A stretch of 64,000 nucleotides of DNA from an uncultured Gemmatimonadota bacterium (GTDB taxonomy: Bacteria > JAAXHH01), in NCBI GenBank assembly GCA_951812955.1, contig OX638340.1:2080001-2144000 (forward strand), given 5' to 3'. The notes beneath the pieces were generated by a model that was given only the letters and a program-made list of their open reading frames with translations, was not told the origin of the DNA and did no database searches. Positions 51,579-62,163 of this stretch are shown piece by piece. The first letter of the stretch is position 1; each line of letters opens with the position of its first letter. Made by a program: the position numbers and the translations under genes.

Positions 51579-54500
51579 TCACTTCCCGTTCCCGTTCCAG
51601 CGTCCTCTGCCGTTGCGTTTCCTTCCATTCATTTCCACCTGTTTCCATCCGCTTTCACCGCTGTGTACGGGAGCACCGGCCAGTCGGACGCGCTTCGCGT
51701 CGATCGATTCGCGCAGCGTTTTCAGCAACTCATCCGAGGGCCTGACGCGGAAATCACTCCCTGCCCTGACGCCGATCTCACTCTGATCTGCTGTAGACAC
51801 TTCTAGCACTACGTCGCAATTCCCCGGGTAAGTCTCCAGCACGTGTTTGATCGATACGAGGTTCTCATCCGCTACCTGTTCGTGCTCCATGGTCACCACG
51901 ACGGACCGCGCCAGCCGGTCCCGCGCATCCGTCAGTGAAATGATCTCGGAAGCGATGACCTTGTTGTCCTCTTCTTTTTTCGACAGGTGTCCATGTACGA
52001 GGACCAGCGAGTCGATCGTCACGAGTTCGCGATGCAGTGCGTACGGTTCCGAAAAGACGAGCACCTCACCCGAACCGGAGAAGTCTTCGAGCGTTACGAA
52101 GGCCATGGTCTTGCCGTTTCGATCCACGATGGGCTTGATTTCGGTCACGATACCACCGACCACGACGGTGTCCTGCCGGCCGTTTGCGTGGTCGAGGCGC
52201 CGCATTTCCGCCGTCGTAAAGGCCCGAATGTCTTCCTCGTATTCCTTCAGCGGATGCCCCGTCACATAAAATCCCAGCAGTTCCTTCTCGAGGCCCAGTT
52301 CCTGGCTTGCCGGCCAACGGGGGACGAGCGGCAGCACCGGCTTGTGTACTTCCAGATTCGCACCCGCTCCCATCCCGTCGAGGTCGAAAAGGGAGGTCTG
52401 TCCCTTCTCCCTGTCGTTCTGACGGGTCTGCGCCCCTTCAATGACCGTGTCGAGCACTTCCATGAGCTGTGCCCGGTGCCCCTCGAGGCTGTCGCAGGCG
52501 CCGGCCTGGATCAGGCTTTCGAGCACCCGCTTGTTTACCAGCCGCAGATCGATGTGCTCGCAAAGTCCGTACACATCTTCGAAGCGTCCATGTTCCTTCC
52601 TCGCCTCGACGATGGATTCCACCGCGGCCTGGCCCACGTTCTTGATCGCACAGAGCCCGAATCGGATGGAATCTCCTTCGACGACGAAGGTCTTGTCGCT
52701 TCTGTTGACATCGGGCGGCAGCACGTCGATGCCCATTTTCCTGCATTCGTTGATCAACACGACGATTTCTTCGGTATTCGACATCGTGTTGGACAGCAGT
52801 GCGGCCATGAACTGTACCGGGTAGTGCACCTTCAGGTAAGCTTCCTGGAAGGCGAGGACGGCATAGCCCGCCGAATGGCTCTTGTTGAACGCGTAACCGC
52901 CGAAGTATTCGATCAATCCAAACACTTCCTCCGCGATATCCTTCTCGATGCCGTTCTCAACCGCGCCATCGACGAAATTCCGACGTTCTTCGGCCATGAC
53001 TTCGGGCTGCTTCTTGGCCATGGCCTTCCTAAGGAAATCGGCCCGTCCCAGGGTGTAGCCCGCCATGTCGCGGGCGATCTGCATCGCCTGCTCCTGGTAG
53101 ACGATGAGCCCGAAGGTTTCCTTGAGTGCCGTCTCCATCACGGCGTGGTGATACGTAACCTTCTTGCGGCCGTGCTTCCGGTCGATGTAGTCGTCCACGA
53201 CACCGCCGTTCAGGGGTCCCGGCCTGCAGAGCGCGTTCATGGCGATCAGGTCATCGACGCCGTCCGGCCGCAGGCGACGGAGGAATTCGTGCAGCCAGCC
53301 GCTATGGAACTGGAAAATCCCGGTCGTTTCTCCCCGCCGGAACAGGTCGAGGGTCTTCGGATCATCCAGGGGGATATCATCCAGCTCGATCTCGTCGCCC
53401 GTCGTGTCTTTGATCATCGCGATGGCGTCCTGGATGACAGAAAGGTTCTGCAGTCCCAGGAAGTCCATCTTCGGCAGCCCGATGTCCTCCATGAGCTCGC
53501 CGGGATACTGGGTAACGATCGTATCCTTGTTACTGGGCTTGTACAGCGGCACGTAGTCGGTCAGTTCGCCCGGCGTGATCACGACGCCGGCCGCGTGGAC
53601 CGAGGCGTGGCGCGCAAGACCTTCGAGGGTCTTCGCGTACTGGATCAACTGGCCGTCCGTACCGCCGCCGTCGGCCATCTGGCGAAGTTCCGGGACCTGG
53701 TCTATGGCCCGGTCGAGGGTGATCTTCAATTCGGTCGGAACCAGCTTGGCCACGCGATCCACGTCGCCGTAGGACATGCCGAGGACGCGGCCCACGTCAC
53801 GGATCGCCGCCTTCGCGCCCATGGTGCCGAAGGTGATGATCTGGGCTACGCTGTTCTTGCCGTATTTCTCCACCACGTAGTTGATGACCTTGTCCCGTTC
53901 ACGGTCCGCAAGGTCGATGTCGATATCGGGCATGCTGACGCGCTCGGGATTCAGGAAGCGTTCGAAAAGCAGACCATAGCTGATGGGGTCGATATTCGTG
54001 ATGCCCAGCACGTAGGCGACCATGCATCCGAGGCCCGATCCCCTCGTCATGAGCGGGATACCCTGCTCCGCGGCAAAACGGGCGATATCTTCGACGATGA
54101 GGAAGTAGCTGGGATAGCCCATCTGGTTGATTACCCCGAGTTCGTATTCGAGGCGGGCCTTCAACTCGGGGGTGACGGTGTCGTAACGCGCCTCCATCCC
54201 GTCGAAAGACAGCTTGCGCAGGTACGCGTCCGCACTGTCATAGTCCTCCGGCAACGGGAAGTGGGGAAACTTGAAATTGCCCATTTCCATTTCAAATTCA
54301 ATGGACTCGGCGATGGATACGGTGTTTGCCAGGGCGCCGGAAACATGGCCGAACAACTGGCCCATCTCGTCCGCGTTCTTGAAGTAGAGCGAATCCGTGG
54401 CAAACCTGAGCCGCTTGGGGTCGTTCAGTTCCTTCCCGGTCTGGATGCAGACCAGTACGTCCTGGGCGGGCGCGTCGTCCCGTCTGAGGTAGTGGGCGTC

Positions 54501-55124
54501 GTTGGTCGCGACGATGGGGAGGTCGAACTCCCGGGAGAAATCGATCATCGCGTTGTTGATGGGCTTGTCGAAATCCAGTCCGTGATCCTGAATCTCCAGG
54601 TAGAAGTTGGATCCGAAGATCTCCTTGAGCTGCCGGCACTTCGTCCGCGCCTGGTCTATCTGGCCGTCCACCACCAGGTTGGCGAGCGGTCCCTTGGCGC
54701 AGGCGGACAGGGCGACCAGCCCCTCGCTGTGCTTTTCCAGCAATTCCATGTCCACGCGCGGCTTGTAGTAGAAACCCTCGAGATATCCCGCGGAGGTGAG
54801 CTTCATCAGGTTCCGGTAACCGGTCGCGTTCTGCGCTAGCACGACGAAGTGGGTCGTCTGGTCGGCGCGCTCGCCGCCCCGTACCGGACGTTTTTCCTTC
54901 CGGCTGCCCGGCGCCAGATACAACTCGCAGCCGATGATCGGCGTCAGTCCCGCGGCCGTGACGGTCTTGTAGAATTCCACGGCGCCGAACATGTTCCCAT
55001 GATCGGTCATGGCTATGGCGGGCATGCCAAAGGCTTTGGCGGTATCGGCGAGATCCTCGATTCGGCTTGCGCCGTCGAGCAGGCTGTAGTGGGTATGGTT
55101 GTGCAGATGAACGAACGAGGACAC
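51579..55124 (-). CDS. dnaE: DNA polymerase III alpha subunit
   Basis: MSSFVHLHNHTHYSLLDGASRIEDL.. PHP N-terminal domain, then polymerase core and OB fold; 1181 aa. The antisense 950-aa ORF 51987..54839 is a shadow. Confidence 0.95.
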   Translation of the reverse strand: MSSFVHLHNHTHYSLLDGASRIEDLADTAKAFGMPAIAMTDHGNMFGAVEFYKTVTAAGLTPIIGCELYLAPGSRKEKRPVRGGERADQTTHFVVLAQNATGYRNLMKLTSAGYLEGFYYKPRVDMELLEKHSEGLVALSACAKGPLANLVVDGQIDQARTKCRQLKEIFGSNFYLEIQDHGLDFDKPINNAMIDFSREFDLPIVATNDAHYLRRDDAPAQDVLVCIQTGKELNDPKRLRFATDSLYFKNADEMGQLFGHVSGALANTVSIAESIEFEMEMGNFKFPHFPLPEDYDSADAYLRKLSFDGMEARYDTVTPELKARLEYELGVINQMGYPSYFLIVEDIARFAAEQGIPLMTRGSGLGCMVAYVLGITNIDPISYGLLFERFLNPERVSMPDIDIDLADRERDKVINYVVEKYGKNSVAQIITFGTMGAKAAIRDVGRVLGMSYGDVDRVAKLVPTELKITLDRAIDQVPELRQMADGGGTDGQLIQYAKTLEGLARHASVHAAGVVITPGELTDYVPLYKPSNKDTIVTQYPGELMEDIGLPKMDFLGLQNLSVIQDAIAMIKDTTGDEIELDDIPLDDPKTLDLFRRGETTGIFQFHSGWLHEFLRRLRPDGVDDLIAMNALCRPGPLNGGVVDDYIDRKHGRKKVTYHHAVMETALKETFGLIVYQEQAMQIARDMAGYTLGRADFLRKAMAKKQPEVMAEERRNFVDGAVENGIEKDIAEEVFGLIEYFGGYAFNKSHSAGYAVLAFQEAYLKVHYPVQFMAALLSNTMSNTEEIVVLINECRKMGIDVLPPDVNRSDKTFVVEGDSIRFGLCAIKNVGQAAVESIVEARKEHGRFEDVYGLCEHIDLRLVNKRVLESLIQAGACDSLEGHRAQLMEVLDTVIEGAQTRQNDREKGQTSLFDLDGMGAGANLEVHKPVLPLVPRWPASQELGLEKELLGFYVTGHPLKEYEEDIRAFTTAEMRRLDHANGRQDTVVVGGIVTEIKPIVDRNGKTMAFVTLEDFSGSGEVLVFSEPYALHRELVTIDSLVLVHGHLSKKEEDNKVIASEIISLTDARDRLARSVVVTMEHEQVADENLVSIKHVLETYPGNCDVVLEVSTADQSEIGVRAGSDFRVRPSDELLKTLRESIDAKRVRLAGAPVHSGESGWKQVEMNGRKRNGRGRWNGNGK

Positions 55125-55377
55125 GGGGGTCGTCCTTAGGACAGTTTCAACGGGCTGCCCTTCATGAAAGGGCGGGACGCTGGCGATGAGGAAAAGACCG
55201 GCGATGTGATGCGGAACTGAATATAAAGGTTAACATAGCAAAAATAGGTTGATATGAGCCATTGGCGCAAGGTATTTTACGTTTTTTTCGGACGGCTGCG
55301 ATCACGGTCCGTACGACGTGGAAAGAAACCGGTTCAACCGGCTGTTTGACCCGCGTAACGGGATTTGGAAGATCGCT

Positions 55378-57006
55378 ATGAACCGCATCATCGTACTCGA
55401 TAAACTGGCCCGGGAAGGGCTCGACCGGCTCGAGCGGGCGGAAGGCGTAACGCACGACGTGCGCACCGGCCTCGGCGCTGAAGCCCTGCGCGAGACTTTG
55501 CTGGAATACGACGGCGCAATCTGCAGGAGCGAGGCGAAGCTCACGGCAGAGGTCCTGAGGGGCAACCGTCGACTCCGCGGCGTCGTCCGCGCGGGCGTGG
55601 GGACGGACAACATCGACCGGGATGCGGCGACCCGCCAGGGCATCGTGGTCATGAACACCCCGGCCGGGAACACGCTCAGCACGGCAGAACACACTTTTAC
55701 CCTCATCGCGGCCCTGTCGCGCAACATAGCGCCGGCGAACAGAAGTCTCATGGAAGGACGGTGGGACCGCGGCGCATTCACGGGAGTCCAGCTCGCCGGA
55801 AAGACCCTGGGCATCATCGGGATGGGACGCATCGGCCGGGAGGTCGCCGCGCGTGCGCAGGCCTTCGCCATGCGCGTCATCGGTTTCGACCCGTTCCTTT
55901 CGCCCGAACAGGCCGCCAAGTTGGGTGTGGAGTATGTAAACGACGTGCGAGACCTGCTGCCGGAGGTGGATTATCTGACCGTCCATACACCTCTCACACC
56001 GGAGACGCATCACCTGGTGAGCAACGAAGAAGTCGATCTGCTCAAACCCGGTGCGCGGCTGGTCAACTGCGCCCGCGGGGGCATTTACGACGAGGAAGCG
56101 CTGATCCGGGGTCTGGAGTCCGGGCAACTGGCCGGCGTAGCGCTGGACGTCTACGAGGAAGAACCCTGCGTGGACAGTCCGCTGTTCAACATGCCGGGCG
56201 TGCTGTGTACGCCCCATCTCGGCGCCAGCACGGAAGAGGCGCAGGCAGGCGTCGCCGTGGAAGCCGTCGACCTGCTGGTCAGTTTCCTGGTCTCGGGCGA
56301 AGTCCGCCACGCCGTGAACGCCGTCGCCATCGATTCGAACACGTTCCAGACGCTGGGCGGCTATCTCGACGTTGCCTACCGGTTGGGCATCCTGCTTTCC
56401 CAGTGGCACAGCGGAGGACCGCGCGCGTGCCGCCTTACCTACCGGGGGAAGGTGGTCGATGAGAATACGCGCCTGCTCACCTCCGCCTTCTGCGCGGGAT
56501 TGCTCGAACATGCGCTGGACGAAGAAGTCAACATCATCAACGGTGAGATGCTGCTCCGCGAACGGGGGATCCACCTGTCGGAAGAGACGCGGAGCGCGGG
56601 TGGATTTTTCACCTCGGCTATCAGTGCGGAGATAGACTGCGCCGACGAGACCTACCGGGCCGACGGTACGGTTTTCGGCAACAACATGCCCCGGTTGATC
56701 CGCCTGGGCGAACACCGCATGGAGGCGTACCTGGACGGCAACCTCCTGGTGTTCAGCCACAACGACGTGCCCGGTATCATCGGCGCCATTGGGGATACTT
56801 TCGGACGGTACAGGGTCAATATCGCCCAGATGGCCGTCGGAAGGCTGGGGAATACGCCCGGCGGCAAGGCAGTGGGCGTATTGAACCTGGACGACGTCCC
56901 GCCCCAGGCATCCATCGACGAGATCCTGCGGCATCCGGCCATCAACAACGCGCGGTTCATCCGGCTGCCTGCGCACGGGGAACTGCCTCCGTGGATGCCC
57001 GGATGA
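55378..57006 (+). CDS. serA: D-3-phosphoglycerate dehydrogenase with C-terminal ACT domain
   Basis: ATG at 55378 (MNRIIVLDKL..). NAD-binding GIIGMGRIGREVA. Catalytic ..NCARGG.. and ..TPHLGAST... ACT domain ..LLVFSHNDVPGIIGAIGDTFGRYRVNIAQM... Confidence 0.9.
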   Translation: MNRIIVLDKLAREGLDRLERAEGVTHDVRTGLGAEALRETLLEYDGAICRSEAKLTAEVLRGNRRLRGVVRAGVGTDNIDRDAATRQGIVVMNTPAGNTLSTAEHTFTLIAALSRNIAPANRSLMEGRWDRGAFTGVQLAGKTLGIIGMGRIGREVAARAQAFAMRVIGFDPFLSPEQAAKLGVEYVNDVRDLLPEVDYLTVHTPLTPETHHLVSNEEVDLLKPGARLVNCARGGIYDEEALIRGLESGQLAGVALDVYEEEPCVDSPLFNMPGVLCTPHLGASTEEAQAGVAVEAVDLLVSFLVSGEVRHAVNAVAIDSNTFQTLGGYLDVAYRLGILLSQWHSGGPRACRLTYRGKVVDENTRLLTSAFCAGLLEHALDEEVNIINGEMLLRERGIHLSEETRSAGGFFTSAISAEIDCADETYRADGTVFGNNMPRLIRLGEHRMEAYLDGNLLVFSHNDVPGIIGAIGDTFGRYRVNIAQMAVGRLGNTPGGKAVGVLNLDDVPPQASIDEILRHPAINNARFIRLPAHGELPPWMPG

Positions 57007-57181
57007 GCCATACAGCCAGAGGAACCGAACGCGGCGCGGCCGACAGCACGTCCGGCGGCTCGGCAACCGAACGCGGTGCGGCAACCGGCGCGGCCTACAG
57101 CGGTCCGCAGCGCGGCCGGCGGAACGTTTGAAGATAAACAGCGGTTTAAGGGAATACAGAGTCTATTCAGTTTGACATGGA

Positions 57182-57300
57182 AAGCGTACCAGGAAGCGCG
57201 TACCAGGAAGCGCGTACCTACGGACCGTCGCGCTTCTGAGCAGGCCGTCGCACTTCTAAGCAGGACGTCGCACTTTCGAGCAGGCCGTCGCACTTCTGAG
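57182..57300. repeat. Two adjacent intergenic tandem-repeat arrays between serA and pdxJ: 3x aagcgcgtaccagg-like 13-mers, then 4x ~20-bp units (caggccgtcgcacttctgag consensus)
   Basis: Direct reading of 57182-57219 and 57221-57300. The plus-strand ORF 57076..57306 is composed of these repeats and is probably not coding. Confidence 0.65.
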
Positions 57301-57371
57301 AATTGACGGCGGCGACCGTACCACGTACTGAACACACGACAATCAACGGTTACGTATCGGAGCTTGCACTC

Positions 57372-58133
57372 ATGACCAAACTCAGCGTCAACGTCAACAA
57401 GGTGGCCCTGTTGCGGAACACGCGCGTGCACGGCATACCCAGCGTGACCGGTGCGGCACGGACCGCGATCGAGGCCGGGGCCTACGGCATCACCGTGCAC
57501 CCCCGGCCCGACCAGCGGCACATCACGCCCGGCGACGTGGACGACCTGGCCGAAATGCTGAAAGTTTACCCGGAGATCGAGTACAATATCGAGGGCAATC
57601 CATTTCACCAGGTCATGGACATCGTCCGCAAGGTCCGCCCCACCCAGGCGACCCTGGTTCCCGACGATCCGGACGCTTTCACATCGGATCAAGGCTGGGA
57701 TGTGACGGCCAATGCCGAAAGACTGATACCGATCATCGCGGAATTGAAAGACCTTGGCTGCCGGGTCAGCCTGTTCATGGACGCGGATCTCGATCAGATC
57801 GAGCGCGTTCCTGACATCGGCGCAGACCGGATCGAGCTGTACACCGAACCCTATGCCGTGGCCTTTGCGGAAGGACCGGAACAGATGCAACCCGTACTGT
57901 CATCCTTCGCCAGGGCGGCGGAACGCGCCCACGAGATCGGCCTGGCCGTCAACGCCGGTCACGATCTCAACCTCGACAACCTGGCGGTGTTCTGCGGAAC
58001 GGTCCCGAACGTGCTCGAAGTCTCCATCGGCCACGCGCTGGTCGCCGACGCGCTGGATATGGGGTTGAAGAACGCCGTGGGGGCCTACCTGGGCGAACTT
58101 GAGAAAGCGGAAACGATTTCCACCAGTTCGTAA
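57372..58133 (+). CDS. pdxJ: Pyridoxine 5'-phosphate synthase
   Basis: MTKLSVNVNKVALLRNTRVHGIPSV..GAYGITVHPRPDQRHI.. is highly characteristic of PdxJ; 253 aa from ATG 57372. Confidence 0.9.
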   Translation: MTKLSVNVNKVALLRNTRVHGIPSVTGAARTAIEAGAYGITVHPRPDQRHITPGDVDDLAEMLKVYPEIEYNIEGNPFHQVMDIVRKVRPTQATLVPDDPDAFTSDQGWDVTANAERLIPIIAELKDLGCRVSLFMDADLDQIERVPDIGADRIELYTEPYAVAFAEGPEQMQPVLSSFARAAERAHEIGLAVNAGHDLNLDNLAVFCGTVPNVLEVSIGHALVADALDMGLKNAVGAYLGELEKAETISTSS

Positions 58134-58134
58134 A

Positions 58135-58260
58135 CACTTGAGCGATTCGAGTAACTTGAGTACTTGAGTACTTGAGTAGTTTGAGTAATAAAGTATTATG
58201 GAGTTTATTCTGAATGAGGAAGTTTGTACCGAACGAGATGTTTATACTAAACGAGTTCAT
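58135..58260. repeat. AT-rich intergenic spacer with tandem cttgagta-type 8-9-mers (4-5x) and three ~17-bp gaaYgagRWgtttRta repeats, upstream of the M16 peptidase pair
   Basis: Direct reading; GC content far below the window average. Confidence 0.55.
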
Positions 58261-58298
58261 CTGATTCACAAACACGATACCCCCTGGAGGTTGTTTAC

Positions 58299-59810
58299 AT
58301 GATAGTCCGATTGACGCGGTACTTCCCACTGGTTATCGCGATTCTTGCGTTGTCCGGCCCTGCGCAGGCCCAGGACCTGGCCGCATTTGAAAAGAACGTC
58401 ACGGAATTCACCCTCGACAACGGACTGACTTTCATCGTGGTGGAGAACCATGACGCCCCCGTCCTCACCGTCCTCACCTACGCGGACGTCGGCTCCGTGG
58501 ACGAGGTCAAGGGCATTACCGGCATGGCCCATGTCTTCGAGCACATGGCCTTCAAAGGCACGACGACCATCGGCGCAATGGACCTGGAATCCGAGTACGC
58601 GGCCATGCAGAAAGTGGACGAGATATTTGACGATCTCCGTAGCGAGCGGCACAAGGGCCACCAGGCCGACCCCGAGCGCCTGGCAAGCCTCGAACAGGAC
58701 TTCGAGGACGCCAAGAAGGCGGCCCGTGAATTTGCCGAGTCCAGCGCCATGGACGAAGCCATCGACAGGTCGGGCGGCACCGGCCTGAACGCGACCACCA
58801 GCCGGGATGCCACGAGGTATTTCTACAGCCTCCCTTCGAACAAGCTCGAGCTATTCTTCGCGTTGGAGTCGAGCCGCTTCCTCGACCCGGTGCTCCGTGA
58901 GTTCTTCGTCGAACGGGACGTGGTCATGGAAGAACGGCGGATGAGCGAAAGCAGTCCGACCGGACGCCTGGTGGAGGAGATGCTGAGTACCGCTTACAAG
59001 GCCCATCCCTATGGCGAGCCGACCCTGGGCCACATGTCGGACCTGGAATCAATGACCCGCACGGAGGCCATGGATTTCTTCAGACGGTATTACGGCGCCG
59101 ACAATCTGACGATCATCATCTCGGGCGACGCGGACCCCGCGCACGTCAAGGAACTGGCCCATGAGTATTTCGATCGCCTTCCGGCCGGGCCTCCCATAGA
59201 ACCGGTTGAAACGGTTGAACCCCCTCAACTGGCGGAGCGCCGCGTGATCATGGAGGACAAGTCACAGCCGGTGATATTGATGGGTTATCACAAGGTCGAC
59301 ATCAATCACGAAGACGACGTGGTCTTCAATGTACTGTCGGATATTATCGGAAGCGGTCGGACCAGCCGCCTGTACACGTCACTCGTCAAGGAACAGAAAA
59401 TCGCGGTCAACGCGTCTTCCTTTACGGACTTTCCTGGCAGCAAGTACCCCAACATGATGGTGTTCTTTGCCTTTCCCAGCAAGGATCATACCGCTGCGGA
59501 CACTGAGAAAGCCATCGAGGAAGAAATCGAACGCATCCGAAACGAAGAAGTTACCGAAGAGGAACTTTCCAGGGCAAAAGTGCGAGCCCGGGTAAACCTG
59601 ATCCGCCAGCTCGACTCCAATATGGGACTTGCGCTTCAAATGGCTTATTTTCATGTGCTTACGGGTGACTGGCGGGAACTCTTCCATAGTATAGACCAGA
59701 TCAGTGAAGTGACCGCCGAGGATATCAAGCGCGTTGCCAATCAGTACCTGGTTCCCAAGAACCGGACGGTGGCTTCAATCGTAACCTTGGAAGATGAATC
59801 TACGGAATAG
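58299..59810 (+). CDS. M16-family zinc metallopeptidase (pitrilysin-like), catalytic subunit, secreted
   Basis: GGAGG 8 nt upstream of the ATG. Signal peptide (..AILALSGPAQA). Inverted zinc motif HVFEHMAFKGT (HxxEH). 503 aa. Confidence 0.85.
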   Translation: MIVRLTRYFPLVIAILALSGPAQAQDLAAFEKNVTEFTLDNGLTFIVVENHDAPVLTVLTYADVGSVDEVKGITGMAHVFEHMAFKGTTTIGAMDLESEYAAMQKVDEIFDDLRSERHKGHQADPERLASLEQDFEDAKKAAREFAESSAMDEAIDRSGGTGLNATTSRDATRYFYSLPSNKLELFFALESSRFLDPVLREFFVERDVVMEERRMSESSPTGRLVEEMLSTAYKAHPYGEPTLGHMSDLESMTRTEAMDFFRRYYGADNLTIIISGDADPAHVKELAHEYFDRLPAGPPIEPVETVEPPQLAERRVIMEDKSQPVILMGYHKVDINHEDDVVFNVLSDIIGSGRTSRLYTSLVKEQKIAVNASSFTDFPGSKYPNMMVFFAFPSKDHTAADTEKAIEEEIERIRNEEVTEEELSRAKVRARVNLIRQLDSNMGLALQMAYFHVLTGDWRELFHSIDQISEVTAEDIKRVANQYLVPKNRTVASIVTLEDESTE

Positions 59811-59872
59811 ACACAAGACTGAAATCGCGGACGGCTCGATTGTCCCTGGCACTGAACACAGGAGTTGCACCC

Positions 59873-62011
59873 ATGCGCAGTACCCGTCTGAAAATCGCTA
59901 CACTTGCCCTGATGATGGCAGGAATGGTCCTCTCGGCCGTGCCGGCCGCGGCCCAGAAGGACTACCGGGAGCTGGAATTCCCACCGCTCAACGACATAGT
60001 AACGCCGACGCCAACCAGGGTCGTCCTGGATAACGGGATCATCCTGTACCTGGTGGAAGACCGCCGGCTGCCGATGATCAACCTGAGCGCGCGCATCGGC
60101 GTGGGCGCCGTCAACGAACCGGCGGACAAGACCGGCCTGGCAGGAATCACCGGCGCGGTAATGCGCACGGGTGGGTCGACGACCATGTCGGGCGACGAGA
60201 TCGATGAAACGCTGGAAGGTCTCGGGGCGGCCGTGGAGACAGGGATCGGGCCGGTTTCCGGGTCCGCCTTCATGTCGGTCCTGAAGGACAACGTAGACAC
60301 CGTACTGCCCATTCTCGCGGACGTGCTCATGAATCCAGCCTTTCCGGAAGACAAGATCGAACTGGAGAAGGTCACCGCGCGGTCATCGATTTCGCGACGA
60401 AACGACGATCCGACCAACATGGGATTCCGGGAATTCCGCAAGCTGATCTACGGGGCGGAGAGCGTGTACGCGCGGCAGACCGAATACGCCACGATCGATG
60501 CCATTACCCGGGATGACCTCGTGGCCTTTCACCAGGCCTGGTTGCATCCGGACAATACCATGCTCGGCGTGTGGGGTGATTTCGACACGGACGAGATGGT
60601 CGAGAAGATATCCGATGTCTTCGGAGGTTGGGAAAAGGCCGGGTTCAAGCGACCCGAGCTGCCCGGTGTCGACTATACCTTCGACAGTTCGGTCAACTAC
60701 ATCAAAAAAGACGATATCAACCAGAGCACGGTCGTCATCGGCCACATTGGCGGGCTGATGAACAATCCCGATTATTTCGCCCTGCGGGTCATGAACGACA
60801 TCCTCAGCGGGGGATTTTCCGGCAGGCTCTTCCGCAACGTGCGATCGGAACAGGGCCTGGCCTACGCGGTCTTCGGTATCTACAGCGCCAACTACACGTA
60901 CCCCGGCATATTCTACGTGGCCTGCATGACCAAATCGGAAACCACGGTGCAGGCGGCCCGATCCCTGCTGCACGAAGTGGAACGGATGAAGACGGATGAG
61001 ATCACGGAAGAAGAACTGAACCTGGCGAAGGACAGTTTCCTGAATTCCTTCGTTTTCAATTTCGATACCCGGCGCGAAATCATCAACCGGCAGATGACCT
61101 ACGAGTACTATGGTTATCCCCAGGATTTCCTCGAAAAAACCAAGACCGAGGTGGAGAAGGTCACGGTCGAGGACGTTCAGCGGGTGGCGCGCAAGTACCT
61201 GCAGCCGGACAAGGTGCGTATTGTCGTAGTCGGGAATGACGAGGACTTCGACGAGCCGCTGACGGTCCTTGGCGAAGTGAACGAGATCGACGTGACCATT
61301 GCCGTGCCTGCCATGGAAGCGCCGGAAGCCACCGAGGACGACATGGCCAGGGGCAGGGCGTTGCTCGAACGTTCCGTGGAAGCCCTGGGAGGCAAGGAAG
61401 CGCTTGCGGCGGTACAGGCCGTACACAGGACCGCGGAGGTTACCATCATCAGGCCCATGGGCGAGATGGCCATCGGCGTGGAAATGCTCGTTTCCTTTCC
61501 GGATAAGATGAAGACGACCATGCAGACTCCAATGGGTGATATCGAAATGGTAGTGAACGGCGAGCAGGCCTGGATGGTCGGCCCCATGGGCGATACGCAA
61601 CCCGTACCGCCCCAGCAGCGGGATTCGATGCGGGAGGAACTATGGCGGCTCCCCGTCTACCTGTACGGCAGGGTGGACGCGGAAGGGTTGATAGTTCAAC
61701 ATCTCGGACAGGAAGAGATCGAGGGCGCGGCCGTGGAAGCGCTACTCATTACGCCTCCGGGTTTTGACCCCTTCAGGCTCTACCTGGACGCGGAGACCAT
61801 GTTGCCGGTCAAGAAGGCGGGCAAGTCCATGACCCAGCAGGGACCCGTGGATGCGGAGACAGTGATGAGCGATTACCGCGAGGTCGGCGGCATCCAGTTT
61901 CCGTTCACGGAGACGAGTACGGAAAACGGGAATCCAAGCAGCGAGGCCACGACTCAGAACATCGAGATCAACCCTGAGTTGCCTGAGGACGCTTTTGCGG
62001 CGCCGGAATAA
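59873..62011 (+). CDS. M16-family peptidase partner subunit (no HxxEH motif) with ~250-aa C-terminal extension
   Basis: ATG at 59873 with AGGAG 8 nt upstream (the track TTG at 59840 is less likely). Signal peptide (..AGMVLSAVPAAAQ). M16 fold regions (..YLVEDRRLPMINLSARIGVGAVNE.., ..EQGLAYAVFGIYS..) without the zinc ligands; typical pairing with the upstream catalytic subunit. Confidence 0.75.
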   Translation: MRSTRLKIATLALMMAGMVLSAVPAAAQKDYRELEFPPLNDIVTPTPTRVVLDNGIILYLVEDRRLPMINLSARIGVGAVNEPADKTGLAGITGAVMRTGGSTTMSGDEIDETLEGLGAAVETGIGPVSGSAFMSVLKDNVDTVLPILADVLMNPAFPEDKIELEKVTARSSISRRNDDPTNMGFREFRKLIYGAESVYARQTEYATIDAITRDDLVAFHQAWLHPDNTMLGVWGDFDTDEMVEKISDVFGGWEKAGFKRPELPGVDYTFDSSVNYIKKDDINQSTVVIGHIGGLMNNPDYFALRVMNDILSGGFSGRLFRNVRSEQGLAYAVFGIYSANYTYPGIFYVACMTKSETTVQAARSLLHEVERMKTDEITEEELNLAKDSFLNSFVFNFDTRREIINRQMTYEYYGYPQDFLEKTKTEVEKVTVEDVQRVARKYLQPDKVRIVVVGNDEDFDEPLTVLGEVNEIDVTIAVPAMEAPEATEDDMARGRALLERSVEALGGKEALAAVQAVHRTAEVTIIRPMGEMAIGVEMLVSFPDKMKTTMQTPMGDIEMVVNGEQAWMVGPMGDTQPVPPQQRDSMREELWRLPVYLYGRVDAEGLIVQHLGQEEIEGAAVEALLITPPGFDPFRLYLDAETMLPVKKAGKSMTQQGPVDAETVMSDYREVGGIQFPFTETSTENGNPSSEATTQNIEINPELPEDAFAAPE

Positions 62012-62163
62012 ACGGATGCTGACGCGGCAACCTGGCGCAGCATGTTGTACAAAGCCCTGGTACAGAATGGCGCATACGAGCGTAGAAACAGCATGACGCC
62101 TTCGATGCGTCCGGTCAAACCGATGCAGGGAAGAGGACTGAACGTTTTGAAAAGGACAATCGG

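Noticed and set aside
51987-54839. 950-aa plus-strand ORF
   Set aside because: Antisense shadow of dnaE (the minus-strand product is an unmistakable Pol III alpha).
55162-57084. 640-aa minus-strand ORF overlapping serA
   Set aside because: Antisense shadow of serA; the serA frame carries the NAD-binding and ACT motifs.
57182-57300. Possible CRISPR array (short direct repeats)
   Set aside because: Units are only 13-20 bp and directly abutting with no unique spacers, and there are just 3-4 copies. No cas genes are in the window.
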